Both the position numbers and the translations under genes were made by a program. Of a stretch of DNA of 59,479 nt, positions 45,251-55,078 are shown one piece after another; position 1 is the first letter of the stretch, and each line of letters starts with the position of its first letter. Source of the stretch: a virus (Duplodnaviria > Caudoviricetes). The stretch spans positions 1 through 59,479 of IMG/VR virus record IMGVR_UViG_3300021410_000065; one strand, written 5' to 3'. The notes below the pieces were generated by a model. That model made no database searches, was not told the origin of the DNA, and saw only the letters and a program-made list of their open reading frames with translations.

Positions 45251-45479
45251 GAACAGTCCCTTAGATGATGAAAAGCTCTACCGATGGCTTTGGCATTGCC
45301 TGAAAATTTTTGATGGTCCCAAGCTTGATCGCGACGACTGCGAAATTTACATCAGAGCCGTTGGTTCAGAGGATACAAGTGCCGTGTGCAACGCCTTTGC
45401 ATCCTGGCTTCGCACCGGAAAACGATTTCCGTTCCCTGCCGATATTCGCGAATTGCTTCATAAGCAGGCCGAATCGTAG
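45249..45479 (+). CDS. Small protein with helicase-loader/inhibitor-like motif
   Basis: GGAG RBS; W.RTGKRFPFPADIREL. Confidence 0.55.
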   Translation: MNSPLDDEKLYRWLWHCLKIFDGPKLDRDDCEIYIRAVGSEDTSAVCNAFASWLRTGKRFPFPADIRELLHKQAES

Positions 45480-45547
45480 CCTTCGGCGTCGTGAACATTA
45501 ACCGAAGCTCGGCGGGTCTACCGGGCGAATCCCAAGGATGAAAACCT

Positions 45548-45868
45548 ATGAGCAACGCCCATACGCCGGGGCCTTGGCTTGTTGCGACGAGCAATTCATG
45601 GCGCCGCATCGTGAACTCTCGGGGTTTGGAAGTGTGCACGCCGACGCTGCAGCACAGTGACAAACATCCCGATCTGTGTTTCCCCAATGGTGGCGCGGAA
45701 GGTGCGGATGCCCGACTGATCGCCGCCGCGCCGGAACTATTGGAAGCCCTACAGCCCTTTGTGACGCGCAATTCGTCCGAAGAGTCAATCACCCTTGTCC
45801 TGAATACGTCAGACGTTAAGCGCGCCCGCGCCGCTATCGCCAAAGCCACAGGAGTCAGCGATGACTGA
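45548..45868 (+). CDS. Conserved phage early protein (HTPGPW...ARLIAAAPELLEAL family)
   Basis: Signature motifs. Confidence 0.8.
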   Translation: MSNAHTPGPWLVATSNSWRRIVNSRGLEVCTPTLQHSDKHPDLCFPNGGAEGADARLIAAAPELLEALQPFVTRNSSEESITLVLNTSDVKRARAAIAKATGVSDD

Positions 45869-45980
45869 CCTCCACTCCCACCTCGTCGACCCGCAAGACG
45901 ACGACGATCCGCCGCCCTACTTCCGCCGCGGCGACGATCCCGGCGATGACGCGCTGGCCGGCCACTACGACGACGAATGA
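45861..45980 (+). CDS. 39-aa acidic peptide
   Basis: AGGAG RBS; coupled on both sides; translated by hand. Confidence 0.55.
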   Translation: MTDLHSHLVDPQDDDDPPPYFRRGDDPGDDALAGHYDDE

Positions 45981-46165
45981 GCGCCGAGCTCGACGCCGCG
46001 ATCGCCTATCTTCAAGCGGCGCTCGCGCACTACCAATCCCAGACGATCAACGCGGCCGCGCCACTGGCATCCAGGGCGTACGCCGACTATGCGCAGGCCG
46101 CGTTTGACCTGCGCCATGCACAGCGCGTCCTGGAAACGGCGCAAAGGAAAAACGATGTTCGATAA
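45977..46165 (+). CDS. Hypothetical protein
   Basis: ATGA-coupled. Confidence 0.6.
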   Translation: MSAELDAAIAYLQAALAHYQSQTINAAAPLASRAYADYAQAAFDLRHAQRVLETAQRKNDVR

Positions 46166-46259
46166 CGAGAAGATCACCTTCTGGCACCTGAACGGCGTGC
46201 ACATCACGATTCACTGGGTCAACGGCCGCATCGTCGACGTGCAGGAGCGTCCGGTATGA
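46155..46259 (+). CDS. 34-aa hypothetical protein
   Basis: AAGGA RBS; MFDNEKITFWHLNGVHITIHWVNGRIVDVQERPV. Confidence 0.55.
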   Translation: MFDNEKITFWHLNGVHITIHWVNGRIVDVQERPV

Positions 46260-46483
46260 AGCGCCTTTGCAACGCCTGGCGCATTCACTGCGCCCGCCGC
46301 GACCAGCTGCCGCCGCTGGATCGCGATCGCTACGACATGGACATGCGCGAACTGGCCGTGTGCCTCGCGGCGTTCCTTGCCGTCTTCCTCTTCAGCGTAA
46401 TCATCATGCCGACTCTCGACGCCCAAGCCGAGGCTCGCATGGCCCAAGAACATCGCGGCACGACCACATACGCCGCCAAATAG
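46256..46483 (+). CDS. Small membrane protein
   Basis: One TM segment; coupled. Confidence 0.6.
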   Translation: MKRLCNAWRIHCARRDQLPPLDRDRYDMDMRELAVCLAAFLAVFLFSVIIMPTLDAQAEARMAQEHRGTTTYAAK

Positions 46484-46491
46484 GAGCCGTC

Positions 46492-47523
46492 ATGGCCGAC
46501 ATTGTTGAACTGGCCGTAGTGCCGAAGGAAAGCGCGCTGCAGGTATTCAGTGCTACGAATGGGCTGGATCCTTACCTGGAGCAGATCCGGGAGGTGCTGG
46601 ACGCCTTCGAACCGGACGTGTCCACCAAGAAGGGCCGCGACGCAATTGCTTCGATCGCCCACAAGGTATCGAAGGCCAAAACCGCGCTCGACGGTGTGGG
46701 CAAGGATCTTGTCGCAGACCTCAAAGATCTGCCCAAGAAGGTGGACGCTGAGCGCAAGCGAATGCGCGACACGCTCGACACCTGGAAAGACGAGGTGCGC
46801 GCTCCACTTACCGCGTGGGAAACGGCAGAGCAGGCGCGGATCGATCGCCACACCGATGCGATCGAGAAGATTCGAGCCGCCGGCGTCGTCACTCTCGAGG
46901 TCGACGCCGATTCGCTGCGCCAGTGCATCGCCGCGATCGACGGCATCGATGTCGGCGAGTCGTGGGAAGAATACGAACCGGAGGCGGTGCGCACGAAAGA
47001 GCGCACGCTGGCCAGCTTGCGCGAAGCGCTCGTGAAGCGTGAGAAGCACGACGCCGACCAGGCGGAACTGGCGCGCCTTCGGCAGATCACCGCCGAACGC
47101 GATGAAAAGGACCGGCTGCAACGCGTCGCCGACGAAGCTGCAGCCGCCGAACGCGCCCGAGCCGAAACCGCCGCGGCGAACGCCCGGGAAGAAGCCGCGC
47201 GTCAGCTTGCAGCGGCCAACGCCGCCACCGAGAAAGCCGAGAGGGAACGGTTGGAGGCCGAGCAGGCCGCCGAGCGGGCCCGCGCGAATGCTCAGGCGCA
47301 AGCAGATGCGGCAGCCGCGGCAGAACGCAAGCGGCAGGCAGACGCCGCCGCCGAGGAAGAGCGCCAGCGCGTGGCGCGCGAGAACGATCGCGCACACCGC
47401 GCCAAGATTAACGGCGCCGCCCTGGCGGCACTGATGGCCGGCGGCCTGACCGAAGACTGCGCAAAGACCGCAATCACGCTGATCGCGCGAGGCCAAGTGC
47501 CGGCGATCCGCATCGACTACTGA
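46492..47523 (+). CDS. Coiled-coil phage protein (often mis-annotated TolA)
   Basis: PDVSTKKGRDAIASIAHKV...PLTAWE; AGGAG RBS. Confidence 0.8.
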   Translation: MADIVELAVVPKESALQVFSATNGLDPYLEQIREVLDAFEPDVSTKKGRDAIASIAHKVSKAKTALDGVGKDLVADLKDLPKKVDAERKRMRDTLDTWKDEVRAPLTAWETAEQARIDRHTDAIEKIRAAGVVTLEVDADSLRQCIAAIDGIDVGESWEEYEPEAVRTKERTLASLREALVKREKHDADQAELARLRQITAERDEKDRLQRVADEAAAAERARAETAAANAREEAARQLAAANAATEKAERERLEAEQAAERARANAQAQADAAAAAERKRQADAAAEEERQRVARENDRAHRAKINGAALAALMAGGLTEDCAKTAITLIARGQVPAIRIDY

Positions 47524-47530
47524 GAGGATC

Positions 47531-48352
47531 ATGAACGACACAATCGAATTCGCCACCAGTACTGCCACCCAATCGCCCGTCCGACAGCAAGTGCCGATCG
47601 CCCCTACCGCCAACGGCACCGTCCCGGCGATCTCCGACCGCTCGCCGGCAAGCATGATGATCGCCGCGTTCAAGGAAGGCATCCCGCTCGATCAAATCGA
47701 GAAGATGATGGACCTGCAGGAACGCTGGGAAGCAGGCGAAGCCAAGAAGGCATTCACGGCCGCGATGACCGCATTCAAGGCGGAGCCCATCACCATCCTC
47801 AAGCGGAAGCACGTCAGTTTCGACACGAGCAAGGGCAACACCAGCTACAGCCACGCCGAACTGTCCGACGTCACTGACGCGATCGGGCCAGCGCTCGCCA
47901 AGCACGACCTGACCTACGACTGGGAGGTGCGTCAAGACGGTGGGCTGATCACTGTCGATTGCGTGCTGACCCATGTGCGCGGGTACTCGAAGAAAGTCAC
48001 CTTGTCCGGCTCTCCTGACGCCACCGGCGGCAAGAACTCTATCCAAGCGTCTGCCTCGACCGTGACATACCTCGAGCGCTACACCCTGCTCGCGGTTACC
48101 GGCATGTCCACCAAAGGCATGGACGATGACGGCGCCGGCGCAACGCAGCCGGAGGACATGACGCTGCGCGACACCTGGATTTCGAAGGTGAATGCGGCGA
48201 AAGACAACGAGTCCCTGCAGGCGGTCTGGCAGGACGGCTTGAAGGACATTCAGGCCAACGGCACCCCCGCTGATTACAGCGCGCTCAAGGCCGTTGTTCT
48301 TGCCCTCAAAAAAGGCTTTGACGCCGCAACCGCTCAAGGAGCATCCGAATGA
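47531..48352 (+). CDS. erf: ERF-family ssDNA annealing protein
   Basis: GGKNSIQASASTVTYLERYTL..TGM...DDDG. Confidence 0.88.
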   Translation: MNDTIEFATSTATQSPVRQQVPIAPTANGTVPAISDRSPASMMIAAFKEGIPLDQIEKMMDLQERWEAGEAKKAFTAAMTAFKAEPITILKRKHVSFDTSKGNTSYSHAELSDVTDAIGPALAKHDLTYDWEVRQDGGLITVDCVLTHVRGYSKKVTLSGSPDATGGKNSIQASASTVTYLERYTLLAVTGMSTKGMDDDGAGATQPEDMTLRDTWISKVNAAKDNESLQAVWQDGLKDIQANGTPADYSALKAVVLALKKGFDAATAQGASE

Positions 48353-49116
48353 TCATCGTCAACTGCGACCAAGGCAGCCCCGAATGGCACCAAGCGCGTG
48401 CTGGCGTCATCACGGCCAGCATGTTCTCGGTTGCGCGATCACGCGTCGGCGGCCTGACAGAGCAACAGCAGAAATATGTCGATGCGATTCTTGCAGGCCG
48501 AAGCGAAACGTATGCGCGAGACGTGGCTGGCTACAAGGCGGCACCAAAAGCCGAGGCCGTGCAACGGGCCCTAGACGGCGAGAACGTTGGCGACTTCAGC
48601 TTGGCGGCCAAAGACTATGCGTTTCGGCTGGCAATTGAGCGGATCAGCGGCACGCCACTCGACGAAGGCTTCGAAACATGGCAAATGAAGCGTGGGCACG
48701 AACTGGAACCGGCAGCCAGGATGGCGCATGAAATCACCACCGGGCTCGTGATTGAACATGCAGGCTTTGTGCTGACCGACGACGGGCTATTCGGCGCGAG
48801 CGCAGATGGCCTTATCGATGACGTCGGCGGCAGCGAATACAAGTGCTTTGTGTCGCCGGAGCGGTTGCGTTCAATTCTTATTGACAGCGATTGGAGCGAT
48901 CTTGTGGACCAGGTTCAAGGGTGCTTGTGGATCACAGGGCGGAAATGGTGGGACCAATGCCTCTATTGCCCCGCCCTTGAGCCCGCCGGCAAGCACTTCA
49001 CCCGGCTGCGCGTCGAGCGCGACGACAACCACATTGAGGCGATGGAAACCGAGCTGATGCAGTTCGCCCGCCTTGTCTCTCAGTACGAGGGAAGCTTACG
49101 GAAAAAGGCAGCGTAA
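48349..49116 (+). CDS. YqaJ/lambda-exonuclease family
   Basis: [40 protein letters not shown]. Confidence 0.92.
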   Translation: MIIVNCDQGSPEWHQARAGVITASMFSVARSRVGGLTEQQQKYVDAILAGRSETYARDVAGYKAAPKAEAVQRALDGENVGDFSLAAKDYAFRLAIERISGTPLDEGFETWQMKRGHELEPAARMAHEITTGLVIEHAGFVLTDDGLFGASADGLIDDVGGSEYKCFVSPERLRSILIDSDWSDLVDQVQGCLWITGRKWWDQCLYCPALEPAGKHFTRLRVERDDNHIEAMETELMQFARLVSQYEGSLRKKAA

Positions 49117-49616
49117 TGGCGAGCGTGAACAAAGTCATCTTGGTCGGCAACCTGGGCCGTGATCCGGAGGTGCGGTATAGCCCGGAGGGCGCAGCGATCT
49201 GCAATCTGTCGCTTGCGACCACATCGCAATGGAAAGACAAAGCGACCGGCGAACGCCGAGAGGAAACCGAGTGGCACCGTGTTGTCATGTACAACCGCCT
49301 GGCGGAGATTGCCGGCGAGTACTTGCGCAAGGGACGCCCGGTATATATCGAGGGTCGGTTGAAGACCCGGAAGTGGCAGGACAAGGATACGGGCGCCGAT
49401 CGCTACAGTACCGAGATTGTTGCCGATCAGATGCAGATGCTCGGCGGCCGAGAAAATGAAAGCGGCAGCAACGAGAACCGAACGCCTCCCGAGCGCGGTG
49501 GTCAGCCGCGCATGAGCCGGCCTGCTCCGTCACGGCCTCAGCAACAGCGGGAGACGGCCGGCACCGGCTATAACGGCGCGAATCTAGCAGACATGGACGA
49601 CGATATTCCATTTTAG
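49116..49616 (+). CDS. ssb: Single-stranded DNA-binding protein
   Basis: [15 protein letters not shown]...DDDIPF. Confidence 0.97.
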   Translation: MASVNKVILVGNLGRDPEVRYSPEGAAICNLSLATTSQWKDKATGERREETEWHRVVMYNRLAEIAGEYLRKGRPVYIEGRLKTRKWQDKDTGADRYSTEIVADQMQMLGGRENESGSNENRTPPERGGQPRMSRPAPSRPQQQRETAGTGYNGANLADMDDDIPF

Positions 49617-49619
49617 TTT

Positions 49620-50369
49620 CTATCGCTTGCGGTCAGTGATTCGACTGAGCTGAAGTTTCAAAAGCTTCTCCATCTCATCGAACATTTTTAGATAACTCCA
49701 AAGATCATTCGCCTTAAAACTGTTTGGTGCTCCTGCAGATATTTTCCTTCTCAGCCAGAGCAGTTTTTCGACCGCAACGGCCACTGAATCCGAAATGACA
49801 TTCCTCGAGGTGAGAGTGGAAATGAGCTCAGAAAAATTGACCGGCATCGGCGGGAGTGCATCCTCTCGCTGATAGATCTCTCGCAAGAGCTTTTCTAAGC
49901 GAATCCAGCGCTCTTCTACAACCACTTGAGGACTCAGTAGCTGGGCGTCCATTTTGCGATAAAGGCGCAACAGGTCTGATGGCTCGGAATTCATGATCCT
50001 TGCTGACCGCCGCTTCTTTGCCAAGTCCTCATCGGAAGAGTTTTGAGGGGAGACTTCTTTGTTATCTGCTTGGACTTCCAATCCATTCTGCACGAGGCGA
50101 GCGGGTTCTGGCTCGCTCAATTCTGCGGGCTCAGACACATCATCGTTTTTAGGATCCGCCAACGCTGTCGCGACCGCTTCTTTCGCCTCTTGACCAGCGA
50201 AACCTAAATCTCCAATAGGCGTTTTAAGAGTTACCACACGATTAAACAGCGCTTGGAATTCAGATCTGAACATCTTTGCGATTGCAATCACTGCAACCGG
50301 CCAAGCAAGGGCAGCTACTAAATCCACAACCAATTGCCAAGACTGCAGCCAAAACGCCGGCAGATCCAT
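49620..50369 (-). CDS. Antisense moron: membrane-anchored protein with degenerate HEPN/DUF4145-like C-terminus
   Basis: LVAALAWPVAV TM segment; WIRLEKLLR...LLWLRRKISAG; visibly lower GC. Confidence 0.65.
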   Translation of the reverse strand: MDLPAFWLQSWQLVVDLVAALAWPVAVIAIAKMFRSEFQALFNRVVTLKTPIGDLGFAGQEAKEAVATALADPKNDDVSEPAELSEPEPARLVQNGLEVQADNKEVSPQNSSDEDLAKKRRSARIMNSEPSDLLRLYRKMDAQLLSPQVVVEERWIRLEKLLREIYQREDALPPMPVNFSELISTLTSRNVISDSVAVAVEKLLWLRRKISAGAPNSFKANDLWSYLKMFDEMEKLLKLQLSRITDRKR

Positions 50370-50425
50370 CACGTTCTCCAAATGTCGATCTCTGTTGGGC
50401 TCGGCATCGTATCTCACTTCGGAAA

Positions 50426-52951
50426 ATGGACATCATGACCGTATCCGGTACCGACCGCTACGCCGAATTTCTGCGCGCCAAAATAAAGATGGCCCGTTAC
50501 GACGGCTTCGACATCCTCCATCACGAAATGCACCCGGCTCTGTTCGGCCACCAGAAGGAGATCGTGCGGTGGGCAGTCAAGGGCGGCAACCGAGGCATAT
50601 TCGCTTCGTTTGGCCTTGGCAAGTCGATCATGCAGGCCGAGTGGTGCCGCCTGATGTCTGGGCTCGCCGGCGGCCCGGCGTTGATCACTGCGCCTCTGGG
50701 TGTGCGCCAGGAGCTTATTCGCGACGCAAAGCTGGTCGGCGTCGATCTGCAGTTCATCCGATCGCGCGCCGAGATGGATCCTGGCCATGCGTTCTATCTG
50801 ACCAACTACGAGACCGTGCGCGACGGGAAGCTCGACCCGCGCGACTTCGCGGCCGCGAGCCTGGATGAAGCATCAGTGCTGCGCTCCTACGGCAGTAAGA
50901 CCTACCAAGAGTTCTTGCCGATGTTCGACAGCGTGCCCTTCAAGCTGGTCAACACGGCCACGCCCAGCCCCAACCGGTTTAAAGAGCTGATCCACTACGC
51001 CGGATTCTTAGGGCAGATGGACACCGGCCAGGCGCTGACGCGCTTTTTTCAACGCGACAGTGAAAAGGCCGGCAACCTGACCCTCTACCCGCATAAAGAG
51101 CAGGAATTCTGGCTGTGGGTCAGCAGCTGGGCGGTATTCATTCAGAAGCCGTCCGACCTCGGATTTAGCGACGAAGGGTACGACCTGCCCGAGCTCGACG
51201 TGCGGTACCACGAAGTGCCCACCGACTACAGCACGGCGGGCGCCGACCGCGACGGGCAAACGCTCATGTTCAACGATCCCGCCCTGGGCATAACGGCGGC
51301 GTCCGCGGAAAAGCGCAACAGCCTCGATTCACGCGTAGCGAAAGCTGCCGAAATCGTTGCGCAAGATCCTGACGATCACTTCGTGGTGTGGCATGACTTG
51401 GAAATGGAGCGCCACGCGATACAGAAAGCAATTCCGGAGGCCGTAAGCGTGTGGGGCAGTCAAGATCTGGACACGCGCGAAGAATCGATCGTCGCCTTCG
51501 GAGACGGCCGGTTCCGGATCCTGTCCACCAAGCCAGTGATCGCCGGCAGCGGCTGCAATTTCCAGCGGCACTGCCACCGCGAGATCTTCACTGGCATCGG
51601 ATTCAAGTTCAACGACTTCATCCAGGCCATACATCGCATCCAGCGATTCCAGCAGCCGCACCGGTGCCGGGTGGACATCATCCACTCGGAGGCCGAGCGC
51701 GAGATCCTGCGCACCCTGCTGCACAAGTGGCGGCAGCACAACGAGATGGTCCAGAAAATGACCGAAATCATTAAGAAATACGGATTGAGCCAGTTGGCGA
51801 TGAAAGACGTGCTGGCCAGGTCCATCGGCATCGAGCGCATCGAGGTCGAAAGCGATCTGTTCAAAGTGGCAAACAATGACTGCGTGGCCGAGGCGAAGCT
51901 GCAGCCGGAGAACAGCGTGGACCTGATCGTCACGTCCATCCCCTTCGCCAACCATTACGAATACACGCCCAGCTACAACGACTTCGGCCACACCGAAGAC
52001 AACGCGCACTTCTGGGAGCAGATGGACTTCCTCACGCCGGAACTGCTGCGCATCCTGGCGCCCGGCCGCATTTACTGCTGCCACGTCAAGGACCGGATCC
52101 TGTTCGGCAATGTCACCGGCGCCGGCGCACCGACCGTCAGCCCATTCCACGCGGAAGCGCTGTTCCACGGCCGCAAGCATGGCTTCGACTACATGGGCAT
52201 GATCACCGTGATCACCGATGTCGTGCGCGAGAACAACCAGACCTACCGCCTTGGCTGGTCCGAGCAGTGCAAGGACGGCACGAAGATGGGTGTCGGCAGC
52301 CCGGAATACGTCCTCATCTTCCGCAAACCGCAAACCGATCGGTCGCGCGGCTACGCCGACGTGCCGGTGGTCAAGTCCAAGACGGAATACACGCGTGCGC
52401 AATGGCAGGTCGACGCGCACGCATTCTGGCGCTCGAGCGGCAACCGCCAGATGACCGCCGAAGAGCTTGCCGCGCTGGGTCCGGAGAAGCTGGCCAGGCT
52501 GTTCACCGAGCAGAGTCTTACCGGCGTGTACGACTACGACACTCACGTGCGCATCGGGAAGGAACTCGACGCGCGCGGCGCGCTGCCGTCCACCTTCATG
52601 AGCCTGGCGCCCGGCAGCCACCACTCCGAGGTCTGGCACGACATCAGCCGGATGCGCACGCTCAACGGCAACCAGGCGCAGCGCAACGTCCAGCAACACG
52701 TCTGCCCCCTACAGTTCGACATTGTGGACCGCCTGATCGAGCGCTACAGCAATCGCGGCGAGACCGTCTACGACCCGTTCGGCGGCCTGATGACCGTTCC
52801 GTACCGGGCAATCCTCAAAGGCCGCCGTGGCGGCGCCAGCGAGCTCAACCCCGCCTATTTCCTGGACGGGGTCCATTACCTCAAATCTGCCGAGCGCGAT
52901 GTGTCCATGCCTGGACTTTTTGACGCAATCGAGTTGGAACTTTGTTGCTAG
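50426..52951 (+). CDS. SNF2-like helicase / DNA amino-methyltransferase fusion
   Basis: FGLGKS, LDEAS, TATPSPN, QAIHRIQR; then VDLIVTSIPF, HVCPLQ, DPFGGLMT. Confidence 0.9.
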   Translation: MDIMTVSGTDRYAEFLRAKIKMARYDGFDILHHEMHPALFGHQKEIVRWAVKGGNRGIFASFGLGKSIMQAEWCRLMSGLAGGPALITAPLGVRQELIRDAKLVGVDLQFIRSRAEMDPGHAFYLTNYETVRDGKLDPRDFAAASLDEASVLRSYGSKTYQEFLPMFDSVPFKLVNTATPSPNRFKELIHYAGFLGQMDTGQALTRFFQRDSEKAGNLTLYPHKEQEFWLWVSSWAVFIQKPSDLGFSDEGYDLPELDVRYHEVPTDYSTAGADRDGQTLMFNDPALGITAASAEKRNSLDSRVAKAAEIVAQDPDDHFVVWHDLEMERHAIQKAIPEAVSVWGSQDLDTREESIVAFGDGRFRILSTKPVIAGSGCNFQRHCHREIFTGIGFKFNDFIQAIHRIQRFQQPHRCRVDIIHSEAEREILRTLLHKWRQHNEMVQKMTEIIKKYGLSQLAMKDVLARSIGIERIEVESDLFKVANNDCVAEAKLQPENSVDLIVTSIPFANHYEYTPSYNDFGHTEDNAHFWEQMDFLTPELLRILAPGRIYCCHVKDRILFGNVTGAGAPTVSPFHAEALFHGRKHGFDYMGMITVITDVVRENNQTYRLGWSEQCKDGTKMGVGSPEYVLIFRKPQTDRSRGYADVPVVKSKTEYTRAQWQVDAHAFWRSSGNRQMTAEELAALGPEKLARLFTEQSLTGVYDYDTHVRIGKELDARGALPSTFMSLAPGSHHSEVWHDISRMRTLNGNQAQRNVQQHVCPLQFDIVDRLIERYSNRGETVYDPFGGLMTVPYRAILKGRRGGASELNPAYFLDGVHYLKSAERDVSMPGLFDAIELELCC

Positions 52952-52975
52952 CGACGCGGCCTGTCGTACAGACCT

Positions 52976-53680
52976 TTAAAACTTTGGAGGATTGTAATGA
53001 GCGCTACTCAGATCAGTCGTGCCGACGTCAGGCCAATATCGCATCAAGCCTTCGACATCACCATCTTTCGCAGCGTCTATCACCGCATCCTTCAGCAATG
53101 AATGGGCAGCGTCAGCGAACGCCAACATATTTTCTATGACGACGCGAACACCGCTCTCATTCATGAACCCGTGGACTGGTGCGCTCATCTCATGGTTACC
53201 GATTGCCGCGAGCAACATCTGATTTGCTGCTTCAATTCGGTACGCGACGCGATCGTCCAGATGCAAGATCGCCGCATTTTTCTCATCGGATAAGTCGGCT
53301 TGTAACTCTCGAACCGCGACCAGAATCAACCGGTGGGCATCTGGGTAGCTCTCCCCTTTGGCCATTCGCCTAACGGAGAGCAGAGTAGCCGATAGCTTTG
53401 CATTCAGGCCAAAGCACTTAATTAGAAATGATGAGGCTGCACGGCGTTTGACGCTTTGCTCTTGTTCGAATTGTTTTCGCCGAGTTGATCGTCCCTCACG
53501 GAGCGCAGTGATCACTCCAATCGACGTGGCAATAGCTGCCAAGGCTTCCCAAAAATTGAAAGTGGCGTCTCCCCGGCTGACGCCAACGATCAGGCAAGCA
53601 GCGGCAGCTCCAATTGCCAACCAAAAAACGGCACCTCCGACCGGGCCCATTTCGCCGGAAACTCGCTGAGTTTTTCTCAA
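52976..53680 (-). CDS. Antisense moron: two-TM hypothetical protein
   Basis: Hydrophobic N-terminus, WEALAAIATSIGVITAL. Confidence 0.65.
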   Translation of the reverse strand: MRKTQRVSGEMGPVGGAVFWLAIGAAAACLIVGVSRGDATFNFWEALAAIATSIGVITALREGRSTRRKQFEQEQSVKRRAASSFLIKCFGLNAKLSATLLSVRRMAKGESYPDAHRLILVAVRELQADLSDEKNAAILHLDDRVAYRIEAANQMLLAAIGNHEMSAPVHGFMNESGVRVVIENMLAFADAAHSLLKDAVIDAAKDGDVEGLMRYWPDVGTTDLSSAHYNPPKF

Positions 53681-53725
53681 CTTTCACTCCTTAATTGGTC
53701 CAACCCTATCCCAGGAGCTCTCATA

Positions 53726-54349
53726 ATGAACGCTTATCCTCTCTCCTGGCCAGAAGGCTGGCCCCGTACGAGCGACTATAGGCGCGAACGCGCCCGATTT
53801 CACAAGAAAGGCAGCCGCAACTGGGCCGACGCTCTGACGGTAACCGACGGCGTGGCGCGCGTGTTGACCGAACTGGAGCGCATGGGGATCGACCGTCAAG
53901 ACGCGATCGTCTCGACCAACGTCCGCACGCGTCTCGATGGACTGCCTCGCTCTGGCGAGCGCGAGCCCACCGATCCCGGCGCCGCGGTGTATTGGCAAGA
54001 GCGCGGCGGCGCGCGGCGTGTACTGGCCATCGACCAGTACAACCGCGTGGCCGACAACCTTGCCGCGATCGCCGCAACGCTGGACGCGCTGCGCGCCGTC
54101 GAGCGGCACGGCGGCGCGCGCATCCTCGAACGGGCCTTCACCGGCTTCACGGCGCTCGCGGCACCTGGCGCGCGCGACTGGCGTGCTGTTATGGGATTCG
54201 CCGCCGGCGAGATCGTCAACGTCGATGTCGTCCGGACGCGGTACCGGCAACTGGCGCAGACGCTGCACCCCGACAAAGGCGGCACCAACGACGCCTTCGC
54301 AGAGCTCAACTCCGCCTACGAAAAGGCCAAGGTCTCGCTCGAGGCCTGA
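53726..54349 (+). CDS. Phage protein with C-terminal DnaJ J-domain
   Basis: AYPLSWPEGWPRT; YRQLA..LHPDKGG...F.ELN.AYE. Confidence 0.88.
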   Translation: MNAYPLSWPEGWPRTSDYRRERARFHKKGSRNWADALTVTDGVARVLTELERMGIDRQDAIVSTNVRTRLDGLPRSGEREPTDPGAAVYWQERGGARRVLAIDQYNRVADNLAAIAATLDALRAVERHGGARILERAFTGFTALAAPGARDWRAVMGFAAGEIVNVDVVRTRYRQLAQTLHPDKGGTNDAFAELNSAYEKAKVSLEA

Positions 54350-54364
54350 GGCAGGACCGTCGCT

Positions 54365-54622
54365 TCAATCAAGCAGGTGGTCGAGGTGAGCGCGTATCGC
54401 TTCGCGCGCGCTCAGCTTCACGGCGTCTTGGCCCTCGAGCCCGTTAGGTAACGAATGGTAGAGAACCTGCCAATTTTCGTTCATCGATTCGACGGTCGGC
54501 AGAAGGAACCAAATATCAGCGTAGAAGGTGCGTTGCGTTTCAGGCTTGTGACCCCTGCGGACGTAAATTTTCACGATCGCGCCACGATATTTGAACTCTT
54601 CGACCAAAACGCCCACCTCCAA
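54365..54622 (-). CDS. Antisense small hypothetical protein
   Basis: Protein-like 85-aa ORF. Confidence 0.55.
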   Translation of the reverse strand: MEVGVLVEEFKYRGAIVKIYVRRGHKPETQRTFYADIWFLLPTVESMNENWQVLYHSLPNGLEGQDAVKLSAREAIRAHLDHLLD

Positions 54623-54796
54623 AACACATTGACAGCGCCGTGTGCGGACAGGTCAAGCCGCCGGCGGCCGACATCCTATCCAATTTGGAAAATTTGGCAA
54701 AGACTGCTTTGCACTATCGGGGCAGGTCAGAAATCACCAACGTGATGACGATCGCCGGTAGGCTGCCCGCCCCCTCAAAAAGATAGGCAGGCAGTC

Positions 54797-55078
54797 ATGA
54801 CATACAAGATCGGCGGAATCCTGGACGGCTCGATCGTCGTCTGGCCAGAACACGACACCCCAGAGAAAACCCACCTCGGTCACGCGATCGTGGTGATGCC
54901 CAATCACGAGTGCATCACGCTGATTCAGCGCGATCAGGACGTGATCGTCCCGTATTACGGCCTCGACGCCCTGATCGAGGCGCTTCAATCCCTCAAAGAG
55001 GCACACGAATTCTATGAGCACCTCGACAGAAAATATCCAAGGGTCAGGCGAAAGCGGCGGCGCGCACGCAAGCGATGA
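54797..55078 (+). CDS. Hypothetical protein
   Basis: Protein-like ORF. Confidence 0.6.
   Translation: MTYKIGGILDGSIVVWPEHDTPEKTHLGHAIVVMPNHECITLIQRDQDVIVPYYGLDALIEALQSLKEAHEFYEHLDRKYPRVRRKRRRARKR

Noticed and set aside
46492-47523. TolA cell-envelope gene
   Set aside because: Similarity is limited to an Ala/Glu/Arg-rich coiled coil; no TM anchor, and it lies in the phage recombination operon.
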